A stretch of 64,000 nucleotides of DNA from Macrostomum lignano (GCA_002269645.1 NIVC01000019.1:186001-250000), one strand, 5' to 3'. Shown: positions 44,063-59,161, numbered from the stretch's first letter. The notes: generated by a model from the sequence alone, not told the origin. A program made the numbers and translations.

Positions 44063-45273
44063 ACAAGCATTGAGCAGGCCAAAGTGCCATTGTGAAGTTT
44101 CAAAGGACCCGAGGGCCGGATAGAGAGGCTTCGCGGGCCGCACGTGGATAACGTCACGACCCCTGCTTTAGGGTCTCCGGGGTTTCCAGTCTCCCCCCAC
44201 CCCCTGAGACTTGAAGAGCTTTACCATCTCTGGGGGAGACCCCATAGCTGCAATGCGTTTTTGTGCTCGTTATTCGGCCAATATTCAATAACTCAGTTAC
44301 ATGCTCTAGGTAATCTACCATTGTAACACATTTTAAATACATTAAACGTACTTAAGCGGCTCGTGAGCTCGTTCTTTTTGTCGTTTTTCTTGTCGATCAA
44401 AGCGCGCAATCCGACACTCAGGCAAGTACTCAAAACCAACGATTGAACACCTTTATTAAACTTGTTCAAGCAATGCAACGATAGAGTGTTTTTTAATCAA
44501 CTTTATATTGATAAAGTAATTTGCTATAGTTTCAATTGTCATCAAAGCTGGCGTATCTCGCATTCAAATAAATTCACAACTAATTATTTTATTATACTCA
44601 TTAAAACTCGAAGCGTATTATGATTTCGACAGCAGGCATAAATATATAACCAGTAGCAAACATGCCGGTTCTAAGCACAAAAATATGTTGTCTGACTTGT
44701 ATGATTGCCTGTATGGCAATATCGAAACTGCATCAAACAGTTTAAAAATTGCTGCAACGTGATGGGCAAGAGGTGGGACAATGTATTAAAATCTCACAAT
44801 TCTCACAGTAGCAAGCAAAGGCAACTTGATTATTGTTTTGATGCTAAAATTCTTTTTTTATAGTATGCTAGCTGCTTCAATGTTGAAGTTTTGTATCTGA
44901 CTACAAAGCGATAAAGCAAAGTCCAAACTGGTTCTGTGACAAGAAGTGAAATTTTAGCATTTTGAAATTCATTGATTTTATTCTATTTTTGCTAACATAA
45001 GAATAAATTTCATGAAAACCAACTGCCGATCGTTATAAAGTGAAAGTAGTTTTTATAAATTTTGTAGCTCAATGATATTGTTTTCACCTTTCTAAATTCG
45101 ATATTCACCAAGATGACCATACTCTTGTTGTGAGATGTAGATAAGCCTATCAAAATATTATTTTTAAAACAAATGAGACAACCTTAGGTTGAATTTGATC
45201 CAACAATTTTAGCACCAAAAGTTAACTACTGCGCAGCATAAACTGATGCAGTTCGCTGACTTTTAAGTAAGCC

Positions 45274-48200
45274 TCAATCGTCCATAAATTCGGTCAAACT
45301 GCCAAACTGGTTCATCGGGTGCATCTCCACATCCAGCTCGCCTTCTGTCAGGTTGGCGAACATCTCGGCTGGCACAGGCGACGCCGATGCTGCTGCGCGC
45401 GCTGCCCCGGCATCCGGGTCGTCCAATAGCTCTTCGCCTCGACGATGCTGAATTTTACGATTGCCGCAGGCCGCGCGTCGACCGCCGTCAGGAGCTTCTG
45501 TCGAGGGCGAGACGCCGCCATTGTTTAACGCTGGCTCCGGTCGGAGCACCGGCTGCTGCTGCCGACCCCGACGGTCGCGACGAAGTCGGCGGCGCATGCA
45601 GACGAAGCGGCACAAAGTAGCCACTATCGCCTGCGCGATCTCCACCACCTCAAACAGTCCGACGATGCTCACACCCAAGTAGAGTCCCAGCTGGCCGCCA
45701 ATGTCTGACATCAGCTGTGAGAAGGGAAACTCGATTGACTCCACCACCTGTTTGGTTGTGTTTCGGATGAACGATTTAAGTATGTCTATTGTTTCTCATT
45801 GCTAGAAACCACATTGAAGTACTTTAATTGGAAAACTACAACAGGAACAGGTTCAATCGATAAATTGGTCGTATGAGGTCTCTTTTCATTCGTGTTCAAA
45901 TAACTAATAAATTCAGAATAGATACGGGATGACTTCTCAACTCACCTTATCCGAGTACACGCTGCGAGCTTTAATGTGCGCATCGGAGCAGTCGGTGCGC
46001 AAAAGCTGGCTCAGCTCCTTGATGCTCATGTTGTTCTGTACAAATTCCAGCTGTTCGTCGAAAGTCCAGTCCGGGTACTTGCGGGACACGATATTTGTGG
46101 CCACCGTCTGCGGAGGCAGTAAAAAGTTTAGATTAACTTTAGTTAGCATTTTAACGGTCATTAGACTCCGAAAACCACCGCAAATTGTCTGGGTATCCAG
46201 TTTACTGATATGCAGTTTTGTTTTTACTGGGGTCGTGTGACGGAGCATAATTTAATTTAAATTTATGGATTACAAGACTTTTTTTGAAGACACGAACACT
46301 TGATAAATTGAATTAGGTATAGCTCAGACACTTACGTCCATCATGACCAGTTTACTGAGGTGGAATTCGGAACGCTACGCATGAGGTGAACACAAAAAGG
46401 TTGAATTTCGTCGAAAATTTTCACAAGACTGGACTTTCTTTCAAATATGCGATATGGATGAAGCTTAGTTAGCTCACCAACTCTTTTCTGAGCTGTTTGT
46501 TAACTGGCACAGAAGCGCTTGAAGACATTTTTGTTTGGCATTGAATGCTCTTCGTATTTATCTGATAACGATTTTGAAATCCTACAGAAAACTTCAGTCG
46601 TAATTTTGATTTCCGCACACATTCTCTTTGGTCATTACAAAAAATCACAAAATCAATCACAAATTTTGCAAGCACTGGCTCTGACGGCTATAAAAACGAA
46701 GATGAATAGAATATTAATTTCGGAATCAATTGGCGTATTTGTATCCGGGGAGTAAAGCAAAATAATTTATAGTAAACTCTATTTGCGATTTGAAGTCACT
46801 CGAGTCCAATGAAGTCTGCCAATGGCCAAAATCCATACATCTTTTGCTGTACCAGCACGCAATCTTCGCTTACCATTACGAGGCATTTGTCTTTCACTGC
46901 ACGCTTGTCTCATGCATCTGCTACGAGCGTACATAGAGATAGAAGAGAACAGCTACCCAGCTAATCAGCCAGAAAGCCTTAGAGCTTATGCGAGATGAAG
47001 GCAAGGGATAGGAAAAATTAATGACCTGGGATTTCGCTGCATCGGCCGCAAAGCAAAAGCAATGCGTAGCAGATGGATTTTCCCCATTCACGCGGGAAAG
47101 CGTTGCCGCGGCGGCGTTAGTATTTTCTTTTCTAAAAAAATTCCGCACACAAAAAACTGCCCCAACCCACACTGAAAACGCATTCAGTGAAGTATTTTCT
47201 TCTTCAGCTTAAGCTGAAATCAGCTTAAGCTGAAATCAGCTTAAGGCACACGAATCGCCAGATAGTGCCGATGGCAGATAAAGCTGGCGGTCCTGAACCA
47301 ACAGCCCACAAATTTTGCGCTGATTCTGTGTAGACAGAAACGATATCTGTCTGTTTGAATAATAAACTATCTGCATAGCTTAATCTATTCATACTACCTA
47401 ATTATACTGCTTCGCTTAGACTTGCACTAAATATTTCGTGGATTTGCCACGGCACATAACAAAAGTGATGTCTTCTGGGTAAATAATTTCACCATACACT
47501 GCTACAACAAAAAAATGCTGTCTGATAGATCTTATACTAGCAGCGCCTCGGGGCAAGAGTAGAGCGTGAAAATAGGCGACAAAACGCTGGCATGAGTGGC
47601 GCTCCGATGCTTGAAAGCGTCAGTGCCTGCAGCATCGCACTGCAAGTACTAAATCTCTCAATCCAATGATACGAGCTATCTACAATATCAATAATTAAAC
47701 CGCGAACATTGGTGCAGTACATTTTTAGTAGCTATCGCTACATTCACCGGCAGATACCTTTACTACGATCCGTAAATTGCCAACTATGATGGCAATATCG
47801 GTATAGGTGCTATACGGTAGCATAAATGTCGTGAAGAATCAGTCACAGATTTAATTTGAGTTGGTGGGAGCCTAACAGGTGTCTGAGTGGCTTGTTGGCC
47901 AATAGATTGCACTCTTAAGTGTCGGCTTTATGACCAGGAAATATAGATTGAGTTGGACTAAAATTTTAATGAAGACTTCTTAGCATATCGTATTAAATTA
48001 AAGGGGGACACTAAATTCGGTCAAAGTCTCTGTCTACTCGGTTCGAAAGCATTAATGATTTGCTGAGGATAAAATAGTAAAAAGGTACTTCTAATTTCGG
48101 CATTAAACTATCTAATCAAAAGGGGGTGGGATTTAGCCTTTAAATTAGCCAGTCTGGACTTTAGTAGCTAGGTAGAGCGCCAATCTCTAGGTCATCATCG

Positions 48201-51200
48201 ACAAGCCAAGGGCGCTGAAGCTTAGGCCGCAGCGCTCTCGAGAGTGCTGAACGAGGTTCCGCCTTCGTTGCCTGCCTAAGCGAACTATAGGAGCACGACA
48301 CAAATGCAGTTAAGCCTTTGGATGGTTGAACGGATGTATCGCTATGAGTAACAAGGCTGCTGACCAGATTTCAATAGAGAAGCGCCAGAAGCTGGTTTGG
48401 CTAACTTTTGACGGGGATGCAGACTTTTTACGACATGATTTAAGACTGGCGAGGCCTGAAGAGCAACACTAACGCTGGCCAGCAGCATTTATTTGTTTTG
48501 TCCTAACAGCAGACAATCAAACGGGATGAGTGGTGAAGCCATTCGCTCAACCAACATTACCAGTACTAGTCAGATAGGAGTCACTTGGCAGAGGCTGATC
48601 AATAAGAAGATGATGTGGCAGCTAACGGCATCTAGGTTGTACACTACACCAGGTTGAGCCTTGGTCAAGGAACCCAGATTGAATCTGCTTCTGAAAGCGA
48701 ATGTCTGCAACTATCTGACAAAAGTGTCGGCGATTTTACAGTTCACCCCCATCTACTACACTAGCAGAGCCAATGCGATAAGTATCACCAGGTACAACTT
48801 GCTACAGTCTGACTAGGATTGACAGCATAAAGGCTCTGTTTCGTGTACCACAGCTATCAGTCTGGTCCAAATTCCGGACACTACCCGCTCCGCTAGCATA
48901 ATAGTCAATACTTGGAATCATCTGCCCTAGCCAGAAGCCAGAGACTGCTGATGAAATCAGGCGCGAAACTTCGATGCAGTCTGCAGCAAGGTGTGATTAA
49001 ATTATGGGAGCTGCATTCGCCTGTCAAATTAGTTACTGAGAGCCGTGCAGTGAGAGGCCCAGGAGGACTAGGGGCTATCACCGATAGAAGGGATCTCTAG
49101 TCCACGAGCTCCTGGCGCCCCTTGCATTAGCCTTGTTATTGATTCTGGATTGGCACGGGGTCACATTCTTACCAATCTGCACTATATAGTCAGCTTCAAT
49201 TTATATTCGGCTTAGCTATTCAACATTTGAACTATTTAGTGTCCGAATACACGTGCAATCAGGAAAACTGCTTTGCGACTCTTTCAAGTCTGCAGATACA
49301 AGCCGTATAAGGCACTCAAAGAATGAATGGAATCCCGCAGCAGCCCTCCATAACCTGACATTTTTTCCGCAGTCCCCGCAGCCTCATGAAAAGTTTTCGT
49401 GCCTTACGCCTGCCTGTCGTACACGGAACTAAGCTGAGGGAGGCGGTCGATTTTAAAATGGCTGCGAATAACAGGCACGTTTGCAGCATGGAGACCAACA
49501 AGGATCGACTATTCGAATAAATACATTCGAACTCCTCGTAACTGGCTTGCGGAGACTGCCCATCTTTCGCATAGGAAAAAAACAATGAGCATCAAATTTA
49601 TTGCACCGATTGGGGGCATAAAATAACTTTGCTTTGCCTATCCGAATCTGCAATTGTTGAGGCATTCCGGGACAGAACACGCGGCATTCTAGGTGTCTTT
49701 ATAGCAACCGAAGCCCGATTCGATCGGCCTTTCGGTTTTACGAGCATTTTGCCTGAAAGCTCTGGTTCGTGGCTCTGCTGGAAAACACTTATCGTAACCT
49801 GATGCGATGGATTATGCATCGGGTTTAGACTTCACTATCCGCTCACTCGCAATAGCTTGTGGATGAAATAATAACCATGCGCATCAAAATCGAATCTGGT
49901 AGCCCTTTATATTGGATGGGATCATGCCATGCTAACTGGATGTCTTTTATCCGTTGTAAACTTTATCCAGGTATTGAAAATCTGAAAATCTAACTTTTGT
50001 TGTATTTTGCTCGCCTTTAGTTTCAAATCTACCCCGTGTCACGTCTTTAGCATTCGAGTGTCATCGAACTTCTTGCCGCTTCTTAGCTAAAGCATTCCCA
50101 TTTCGCTTACTTTTTCTTTTCCAAGCGTAAAGTCTGAGTGAGTAATCTCCACTGCTATGGTAACATTTCACTGGGAGCGGTGAATACTCAGAAGCTCAAC
50201 AAATTAGCTTAATATTCAGAACTCTCGGCATGCGTGATATGCAGATAAATGTGGGGCTGAAACGAGGCAAAGTAATTAGACATTGGGGAGAAAGTTAGCT
50301 TGATTTCCGCTTCGTCATAAAAAAGAAAGCGCAACGAAGTAAGGTAATGCATAGCACAGTTAAAACTGCTTGGACTTCTATAAGCTTCTTTAAAACTCCA
50401 TTGGGTTCATTACGTTATGCCAGACTTCAATTAAAGGCTGAATAAGGTACAGAGAAATTCTGTACTCAGCTGTTCCTGTCTACTTTCGCGTATGACTTGC
50501 TGAAAACCCCACACCTCCTTGGTAATTTAATGAAAAATTATTCTAGTCCTCAGTAACGAATGTCTGGAAAGAAACTCACCTGCATTAGTTGCTTCCGAGC
50601 TGAGTTCATTTTTTCGGACCACAGCTCGGGCCACATGTAGTCCGAGCTCTCAATATTGTACTCAGTCCTCACGCACAGCACTTCCTTCACGTGAGCACAT
50701 TCCCGATCTATAGTTGCTTTAAACAGCTCCTCATTCGAGTATTCTTTATGCACCTCGGCCAGGCAGAGCGCATTCTGTATTAGCTGGGAGCTGTTAAACA
50801 CAGACATATTGAAGCAGAGCTGCGGCTTTGAGTCGTCGAACTTAAAAGCGGGCAGGAATGGAGTATAGCAGCGGCATCTGCTGTGGTATTTCCTTGCTGA
50901 CACCAGCACTTTGCAGAGGCTATAATCGAGCTTGATTCGCCTGGTCTCCTGTAGCGAGGTGTCGTACATGTATTCGTAGAACTCTTGCTCGCGACAGTTG
51001 CGCTTCTGCTTAAGGAGATGCGTGACAACCGCTTTGAAGTTGATTCGTTGAGAGTGGCCTGGCACAATGAGTATTCCGTCGTCCGTTGGCAGTGTGTCAG
51101 GATCATGCAAATACAGTCGGGTGCCCTGGTGAAAGTAGGCTGAATTAAAGTGCATGTACGAGTCAAAGTCGTTAAGAAGAAAGAAAAATAGGGCCTGGAG

Positions 51201-51860
51201 ACTGCGATGTGCATCTCTTTCGAAGATGCGGCTCGTACGGAGCGTCATGCAAGGTGTACGATAGCGCCCAAAGTAAGTGCTAGCTGTTAGCACTCCTGTC
51301 TGATTGCTGGAGTCAATCTGCAAGCTCTCTATGTTGGCGTCAATCTGCATGTTGAGGGAGATCGCCCGCTGACCCGTGTTATATCCTATCTGAATAATAT
51401 TTTTCTTCAGCTCCTCTACCGTGCCAAGATGCAGTGTAGACAATGCAAGAGTCAAATTGACCAGAACCTGATCCTCGAGGCCGATTTCTGAATCATTGAC
51501 ATTCTTGTCCCGAAACAACTTAAAGAAGGTAAAAAGATCTTCCGACGTCTCATACTGGGAAGCATTATCCAGTGCCTTCTGCCATTTGTCTAGCGTATTC
51601 TGCGATGAGAGCGTCACCGGCACCTGGTTGCATAGTGTCACGTCGGGCCATTCCATCAACTCCGAATTAGAGAAGTACGAAGTCAGGAGCGGAAGTGAAT
51701 AGAAATGGTCCAGCGTGAAAGACACATTGTAGACGAAGGCTAGCAGGCCGCCAACGCACAGTGTCGCCCAGAACAGCTGGCCGAGACGGCTGTGTGAGTT
51801 GGCCGCGTGAGCCAGGCCATGCACAGTTGATCGCTGGAAGACTTCGTTCAGCTGTTGCAT
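45274..51860 (-). CDS. DEG/ENaC family (amiloride-sensitive-type) channel, about 638 aa, 3 exons
   Basis: Exons 51860-50580, 46107-45946, 45747-45274, all phase 0 with GTGAGT donors and CAG acceptors. Motifs: STVHGL, TM1 FWATLCVGGLLAF, WPDVTLCN, GTRLYLHDP, Cys-rich thumb, TEYNIESS..WP, and SDIGGQLGLYLGVS in TM2. Confidence 0.9.
48840..48930 (+). pseudogene. Possible decayed CR1/L2 LINE 3' remnant in the ENaC intron
   Basis: RSASIIVNTWNHLP* resembles the CR1 C-terminal motif FS.RVVN.WN.LP; nothing else recognisable. Confidence 0.25.
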
Positions 51861-54631
51861 TGTTCTGCTGTTTGATCTGTTGTTGTTGTTGTTATTAATG
51901 GCGCTGCCGTTGCAGACGCCTCAGACATACATGCACGTCAAATATGCTTTCTCTACTGTTTTGTACTGTTGCAATTCTCGGAAATTTTCTTCAAGAACTT
52001 CTGCTGCTGCTTTAAGAATTTAAATTTGAATGCCGCGTCAAAAATATACATCCTGTTTAGTTAATACGCTTGCCTCTCAGTGGGCGGCGGAAACTGACCA
52101 GAAGGAATGAGGCGAGAAGGAAGGAAGGAATGGGCTAGGGAGGATAAAAAACGGCGGTCCAATCGGGACCTGATTTTTTGACGATCGCAAAGCACAGAAG
52201 GCCAGTCTTTTTCAGAGTCGCCTCCAAACCCTTTTTTGAGCCCTCTAACAGCGTGTTTTGTTGTTAAAGTATGAAAGTAATAAATTATATTGAAGTAAAG
52301 TAAAGTAAAGTACAGTATCAAAGTATGAAAATTCAGTCTTGAGCAAGCTGGCTGGCTTAATCGCTTCATCTAAATGTTAAGGGGAATTGGCTTGGATGAA
52401 ATGCGCGCGATCCAAGCATATTTTCAGGAACTATAATAAAGGACTCGTATGTTACGTTCTCTTTTCTCTCAGCTCCATGAAAGTTCTTCTACATGTATGC
52501 TAGCCTAGCTATGCAGCGCTAGCCTAACACATCACCGTATCGCAGGGCTTCTTTCTGTTTACTAATATACAGAATCCCTAGAGACATTGGGCAGTTGAGA
52601 ATGCACTGATTTGTCCATTGCCCTGCTGGCCGATGCCGGAGGACGAACAACGGGCCTTGAGATTTCAGTACCCTGTGTAACCTTTTCTCCGCGTGTACTA
52701 ACTGATATTTTACTTCGTAGCTAGCTCGTACAAGAACACGTTCTAATTGCCCACTCCCAGGGTTCATGGAGTACTCAAATAATGTTGGGTGGAATTTGGT
52801 CAAAATATTTTGTGTTTTTTATTTGTACAAGCATACGTGGCCGTGCTAATAAGTGCTAATTGTAGCCTGCCACATACTAACCAATGCACGATTGTTTATT
52901 CATTTTATTGCCCATGCCAGTTGAACTGCACCGCCCTTCAACCATGCCAGCCGTTCCTGTCCATGCGATCCTCTGCCTTCGCTGGTCATTCATGCTGGCG
53001 CCCATAGTGAAGACCGTGAATGATGACGAAGAAAATGTGCACTGTCTTGTCGACTAGGCCTTTTTTAATTGTCATTTTCGATGAAGCCTGCCGCTGCAGC
53101 GGTATAGGTTCGGCGTAGGTCATGAGGTTGAAGCTGAGGTTAGAAGCCGTATGCGAAATGGCTTACCCACTTCAAGGCTTTCTCTGCAGCTGTAAAAAAC
53201 TTCTTTTTTTGCTGCAAGACATGTTTATTGTGTGCGACGTGGCCCGCCCTTTACAAAATAACTTTCCCTAGTTGGTTGCCTGGCTAATAACAGCTAGGAC
53301 CTTCAAAGGAATGGCATCGGGCCTCGAACACGGTGCTCTTCCATAATTTTTCAGGGAATTGTTTGAATTCGTTTGCCTCGCAGAGGGACCAGTGGTATGG
53401 ACCCAGCTTAAATTCAAATAAATTTGGTAAGTCAATTTTCAACGCGTCTAAAATAAAGCTGGGATCAAATTACAGTTGCATAAACCAACTATACAGTCTA
53501 ATGATGCTTCAGAGTGCACAATCAACTAGCTCTTCTAAATGTTTCGTGAAAATTAAAAAGACCGAAACAAAAATGCAATGCGTTTAATGTGCTGAATTTT
53601 ATGGATGTCATTCTTTTGATAAGTTTTACATGTTTGTGTAAAAGCCCCCCACACACAACCGTAAAAGTGGCCAGCAAAGGCAAATACACCCCTGTCAGGG
53701 GTCTTAAATTGGTCAAACAAATTTTGGGACTGGACAGAGCCATTTCGAAAGCATTTTGATCACAAAAGCCATTATAAGAAACTGCCATTATACTGCCTCA
53801 TATTTTGTCAAGCTCGTGTTTCTTGCCCTTTTCCGTTGCATCGTTGCAAAGCCTTAATCTGTGCTTTTCTCTGCGGTAAAAGGCACCATTCTCCCATGGT
53901 ATTAACTTCTACATCGCAAAGCGCTGACAATAGAAGATTTCTGAATTCATGTCCGTAATCCGCCAGTTTGCAAGCATCTCACTTTGGTTCGAAACAGCTG
54001 TATTTAGACTTTTTATTCGACCGTACTGGATTCGAAATAATTTATTGATGCAAAAGGTAAAGAAAATCAAAAAACCGTCACAAGCCACCAGCCACACAGC
54101 TCTCAAATAGTTGCCATAGGCTCCTGATAAGGTGATTTGAGCCTTATCGAGTGATATTTTTGGATAAGGAATATCGCAGAAATATTGCGTTTTTCGTAGC
54201 TGATATTCAGTATACACTTATAAACTTCAATAAAGTTGATCAATATTCACGCGTCATCTGGCGGCTGTGATTCTCTAATTTGAATGATGGATTCATGCGT
54301 GTATATAAACTCTATTTTCTGCACGTTTTGACGAAGAAAGCATTTTAAAGTCTCAAAACTCTGAATAAAATTGTTATCAGGTTATTTAATTAAATATATA
54401 ATCTTATTAAGCACAACTTAAACCTCTTAAACACTCGGTTTTTTGTAGGGGTTTATTCAAAACCACGGTGCAAAGGACCGCGCCTCTAAACTCCTGTAGA
54501 TATCGTGCAAAATCCTGTCCTAATGGAGGAGTAAGCAAAGCAGTACATCAAGTACTTGTGCATATAAACTACTACATAGAACTATTCATTTCGTAGCACT
54601 CTCTGTAGCGCACAATATATTTACATTTACC

Positions 54632-54893
54632 CAGGCGCGTCGCCATCGGGGGACCAGTAAAAGCTATTGGGGGGACATGCCAATGCGTTGTGTCCCCCCC
54701 CCCCAACTCCTCCTTGTGACCCGTTGTGGTAATCAAAAATTTTTCTTCAGGGCGCCAAAATATAGCGCCTTCGACGCCAAAATGAGTACCTGCGGCGATT
54801 CTCAAATGGAAATATAGTAATTTACTCATGTACATGTACATGTTGAATTCTTGGCTTTGTCCCCCAACCATAAAATCCGTGGCGACGCGTGTA
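54632..54893. mobile_element. Degenerate hAT-like MITE (tentative)
   Basis: CAGGCGCGTCGCCA ... TGGCGACGCGTG imperfect inverted ends and TGTCCCCC subterminal motifs; no TSD seen. Confidence 0.4.
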
Positions 54894-57074
54894 TGCATAT
54901 ATCTACGATTGCGTTTATTGCTTCTTAGAAGCATGCGCATTTTTGACTTTTTAGAACAAGAAGTAAGTGAAAATGGATCGTAGGAATAAAATTAATGTAC
55001 GAGTTTAGAACTTATGTTTACATTCATGTAAGGGTTTTTCTGCGCATCCGCTGCAATAAAGGTACAATGTACTCAAAACTCAGAAGTACTCAAACCCTCC
55101 CTACCTGACCGTCAGAAAGCGGCGCTGTAGCAAGTCTATCCTGCTTTACAGCGCCAGCTTTGAGGGCTGACGGACTCGCTCGAGCGCAGGTTGCCGCGGT
55201 GCACACTGGCCTGCCTCCAACGCGCTTCAATGTATTCGCCGCGCTGGCTCGGTCCGTCCAAGTGACCTGTTACGAGCCCAGCTGGCAGGCTGAGTCGTAC
55301 GTATTGCTCACAACTTGTTTAACAGGTGCTACTGCTCAGGCTGCAGGCATGCACTTACCAATAAGGACAGACGCGCACTCGAGGATTCGTAAGCATATGT
55401 AAGCAACAGACAGCGTAGTATTTTGTAAGTTGTTAAAGACGTCACACATAGCAAAAACTATCAAAACAAACATCCACTGGTATTTCTAAGTTGTATAAAA
55501 CAATTTAAACATGTGCCTGTACCGCCTGAATTCATTTCCAGAAGTTGACAAATACAGTGTTGGGCAAAGTTCCGGCACTTCCGGCACTTTTAGTTACTTT
55601 TTTTAAAAAGCGGCACTTTTTTCGGTTCTTTTTTTAGAATGCCGTCCTCCGGTACTTGAAAATGAAATTTTGTGTTTTGAACTCCTTTGAGGCTAATTAT
55701 AATTTTCTAATTGCAGCACAAACGCACTAATCAAGATATTCAAGTCTTTTGCATTGGTTCATCTACCAGGTATCAAATCCCAGCCATTTGTTGTCCTGGT
55801 ATCTTTTTGTTACTTGTTGACTGGCATTTCTATGGCTGCCAGAATATCATTATTGATTCTAAATGAGTCAGCAGAACAAAAGTATACTTAACACTACTGT
55901 AAAAGTATGTGCTGCTTGTAAAACTGCAACAACATACCATAGCAGGGCGACGAGAATGGCCCACACTCGTACTATAAAAGTTGCCTGAAGAATATTCTAC
56001 ACTGATCATTGCGACACATCTATCGGACAAAAATTATCTCTTTACGAGCTACATACTTCTGAAGAGTCAGAATCAACATTTGAAAATCGGCCTCTAAAAT
56101 TTTTTTGCGAATCGCGAACTGTATCGTCCTGATGTACTTCTAAGCTTTGTTTTGTAAAGGTGTTGTTTATTCACTCAAATTTTGGATGCGATAATAACAA
56201 AAAAACATTATTTACATAGCATCTTTATTTGAGGAATAACACCATGTTTAACTCCAGACCAACACATGCTTTTGTTTTTTTATCGAAGACATGTTTAAGT
56301 ACTTTTTAATTGGCGGTTCTTTAAAATTAGAAAGTGTATAGCCGCGTATTCCGGAGTTCGAATTTCCGCCAACTTTAGAAGACTTCGTTAGTCGAAGAAA
56401 CTTGTTTTAATTATTAGCTTGCCAGCTTGCTTGAATTTATAGACTTGACCGCGCGGGGGGAGGAGTGAAACGCAGCTTAGAGACAATCCTACCCAATCGG
56501 ATTTCGCCGGCAGGGTAGGCACTAAGCATTCATTGGTTAAGGCTCGTTATTCACGCGTTTACAGCCAATTAGAAACGAGAAGAAATTTCGCGAAAGGCTA
56601 TACGCAGGGGTGGGGTGACGCAGAAAGAAATACGCAGAAAACAACCGAAAACACTAGAAGTGCACGCGCGCGCGCAAATTGAGCCACGTATTATTACAAA
56701 AGGACCGGTAACGGAAGTACCGGAAGTTACTTTTTATAAAAAGTACCGGTACTGGAACAATTAAAGTGCTTTCTTTCAAGTTACAAGTTACGAGCGTACT
56801 TTCCTTGGAACCAGAAGTTATACTTATGAGCAGAAGAACACTGCTCATAATCCATGAGCTCTGGGTGTAGCTAAGACTTGTTTTTTGGGAGTATTGGGTG
56901 TATAAGGGCCGTTATAAAAAAGGATAGACACTAGTTATTAAATAATAATTATTATTATAAATAGTAATGACAATAATAATATTAATAATAATAATCATCA
57001 TCATCATAAGTATGTAATGTATAGTAATGTCTTAATATTGATATAATAGCAGTAACAATGATAATTAATTTAAC

Positions 57075-57340
57075 CTCCCCAAATCGGCAGATTTGCAAAC
57101 AAACAGTTCAGCCGCAGCTATTGCACTGCGCAACTGAGAAAGCTGCGTACGCTGTTCATTCCAATAGAGGGCCGGGGCGCCGCATGAATGCACATACTGT
57201 ACACGCTCATGCAATTACTCCAGCTGTTGCTGGTACCCACTTTACAGCTGGGTAAGCTGAAGCAATACAGAGTTAAGGGCCTTACTCAAGCTCAGGTCAC
57301 AAATTAGTTCGAGTGGGTCGAAAATCGAATCCGCGACCTT
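57075..57340 (-). mobile_element. Second, diverged CORE-SINE copy (5' truncated)
   Basis: Colinear with 19174-19458 (cagttcagccgcagct, ttacagctgggt, ctgaagcaat, agagttaag, ctcaag, aatcgaa); AAT/CAT-rich tail at about 56935-57070. Confidence 0.7.
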
Positions 57341-59161
57341 TACATGTCTCCAACTTACAAGTTTCTAAAACTGAAATCTAGCACTAATATGCTATATTTA
57401 ATTGAACACTTCGACTTAAGGATATCTCACCTTGTCTGCAGTTTTTAACTTATGTTTAATTTTGTATCTTTCTTCGTCGGCTGCCGGATTTTTGAATTTT
57501 CGATAACTTCTATAGAAATAGCAATCGCGCGAAATTAAAATTGTATTTGTAGTTCCACATTTTTAAATAAACACCGCGCAACTTTAGTGTGGGTGGCTTT
57601 TCATGAGCAGCTGTTAAACAACTTTTTGCAACGCAACCTTTCTATTGAATTGAGCATGCTTGCCTTTTCCGATTTCTAGAAGAATTAGAAAACCCTTATC
57701 TTATCTATCTATGCCTATGGTAATTTGTAGTTTCTTACAGTCAATTAAAATCTAAAAAATGTTATCTAATTATCTTCATGCTGAGGCTCAGGGCTGAGAC
57801 TGCTGACTATAACCCTAGGCATAAGAAACAGAAAGATAGCTAGAATTGAAAGTTTTTAAAGTTTTCAACTTTCTAGTGCATAAAAGTCTTTGCCAATGAA
57901 TGAGTATGGTGGCCTAGTTGTGTACAATTGTTACATAGATATACTCTAGCTAGTATATGGTATGCATTTGACTATTTGCTGATTTGCTATTTAGTTTTGC
58001 TTTTTAAAATATATAATTATATTGCAAAAAGAGCAAAGCTTTATTTAAAAAGGTTCAAGATCAAGAATAAACACAGAATATGTCACATTCTCATAGAAAA
58101 GTATTATTTTAAGTGGATGGAATTTGAATTAAGAATAGGCTATATATATAGTCTATTCAAAGTCTAATATTCATAGTCTATTTATATAGTCACATAATAT
58201 AACAAATACAAATGTAACAACTTTGTACTAATGAACTTTAAGTTTAATATAGAATTAAAACTATGAACTTTATTGCTTGCATGTTAGCATTACTTGCTTT
58301 GATTTTCTTCTTTCCCAATCTTTTGTAACTTTCTAAAACATTTGCTAATGCTACTAAAACAACTTTCTTATTCATATTTTATTAAGTTTAACTTAGGCCC
58401 TAGGGCCTAATATAATAAAATATATTAAGTTTCTTATTTATATTAAGCGTTAAGGCTTTCAAGTTTTAAAATAAATAAGTTAGTTCTTTTACTAATTTAC
58501 TTTGCTTACTTTTAGTAGTATTATACCTACAAGTTTTTATCATTATAATTTATTACTTTAGCTTGTAAATTACTTGGATAACCTCTGAATTTTGCTAAAA
58601 ATGGAAAAATAAAGACAGTGCATTATGAAATCTGCTTTTTTAAAAAGTGCAAAATTCCTTTAACTTATATGGATTAATGCTTATTAATGATTGCCAGTTA
58701 ACTTTTTATTAACAAAATCAAAAGTTAATAAATTAAGATTTTTTGTTTTAATACTAATCAATGCTTTTAGTATTAATAGAAGTTAAGATTTTCATTACTG
58801 GTGCCTAACACTAATTACTATATAAATAACAATAGTTAACTACTAGGCAGATAACATGGCAATATTTACATAGTACCATGTGCAAATAATGATTGCCTAA
58901 ACCTATGCTCTGTCTAATGGATCTAATGGTATATACAAGTATATAGCATATAATGTATATATAGGCCCTAACAATAAAATATTGCAATAAAATATTGACC
59001 GGTAGCTTGGAGTGTAAGCTACTGCACCGTGTGTTAACTTGTTTCAATTGAAAACTACGTACAATAATTTATATTGTGTATTCAACTTATCACAGGTATA
59101 TTTATTCAACTGTTTATTAGAATTTTCAATTTCACTACTGCCCTAACGATGACCTACAAGG

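Noticed and set aside
43719-44157. Leu/Ser/Pro/Phe-rich ORFs
   Set aside because: Artefact of the GA-rich low-complexity tract.
48948-48969. CTGATGA...GAAAC hammerhead-like core
   Set aside because: Stem II cannot close (A...C) and stems I/III do not pair in hammerhead geometry.
53330-54217. Short - strand ORFs with hydrophobic stretches (ionotropic receptor or GPCR-like?)
   Set aside because: No recognisable family motif or consistent exon structure.
55556-56843. hAT-like element with CAGTGTT...AACACTG ends
   Set aside because: Only a 7-bp terminal match and no 8-bp TSD; may be two unrelated fragments.
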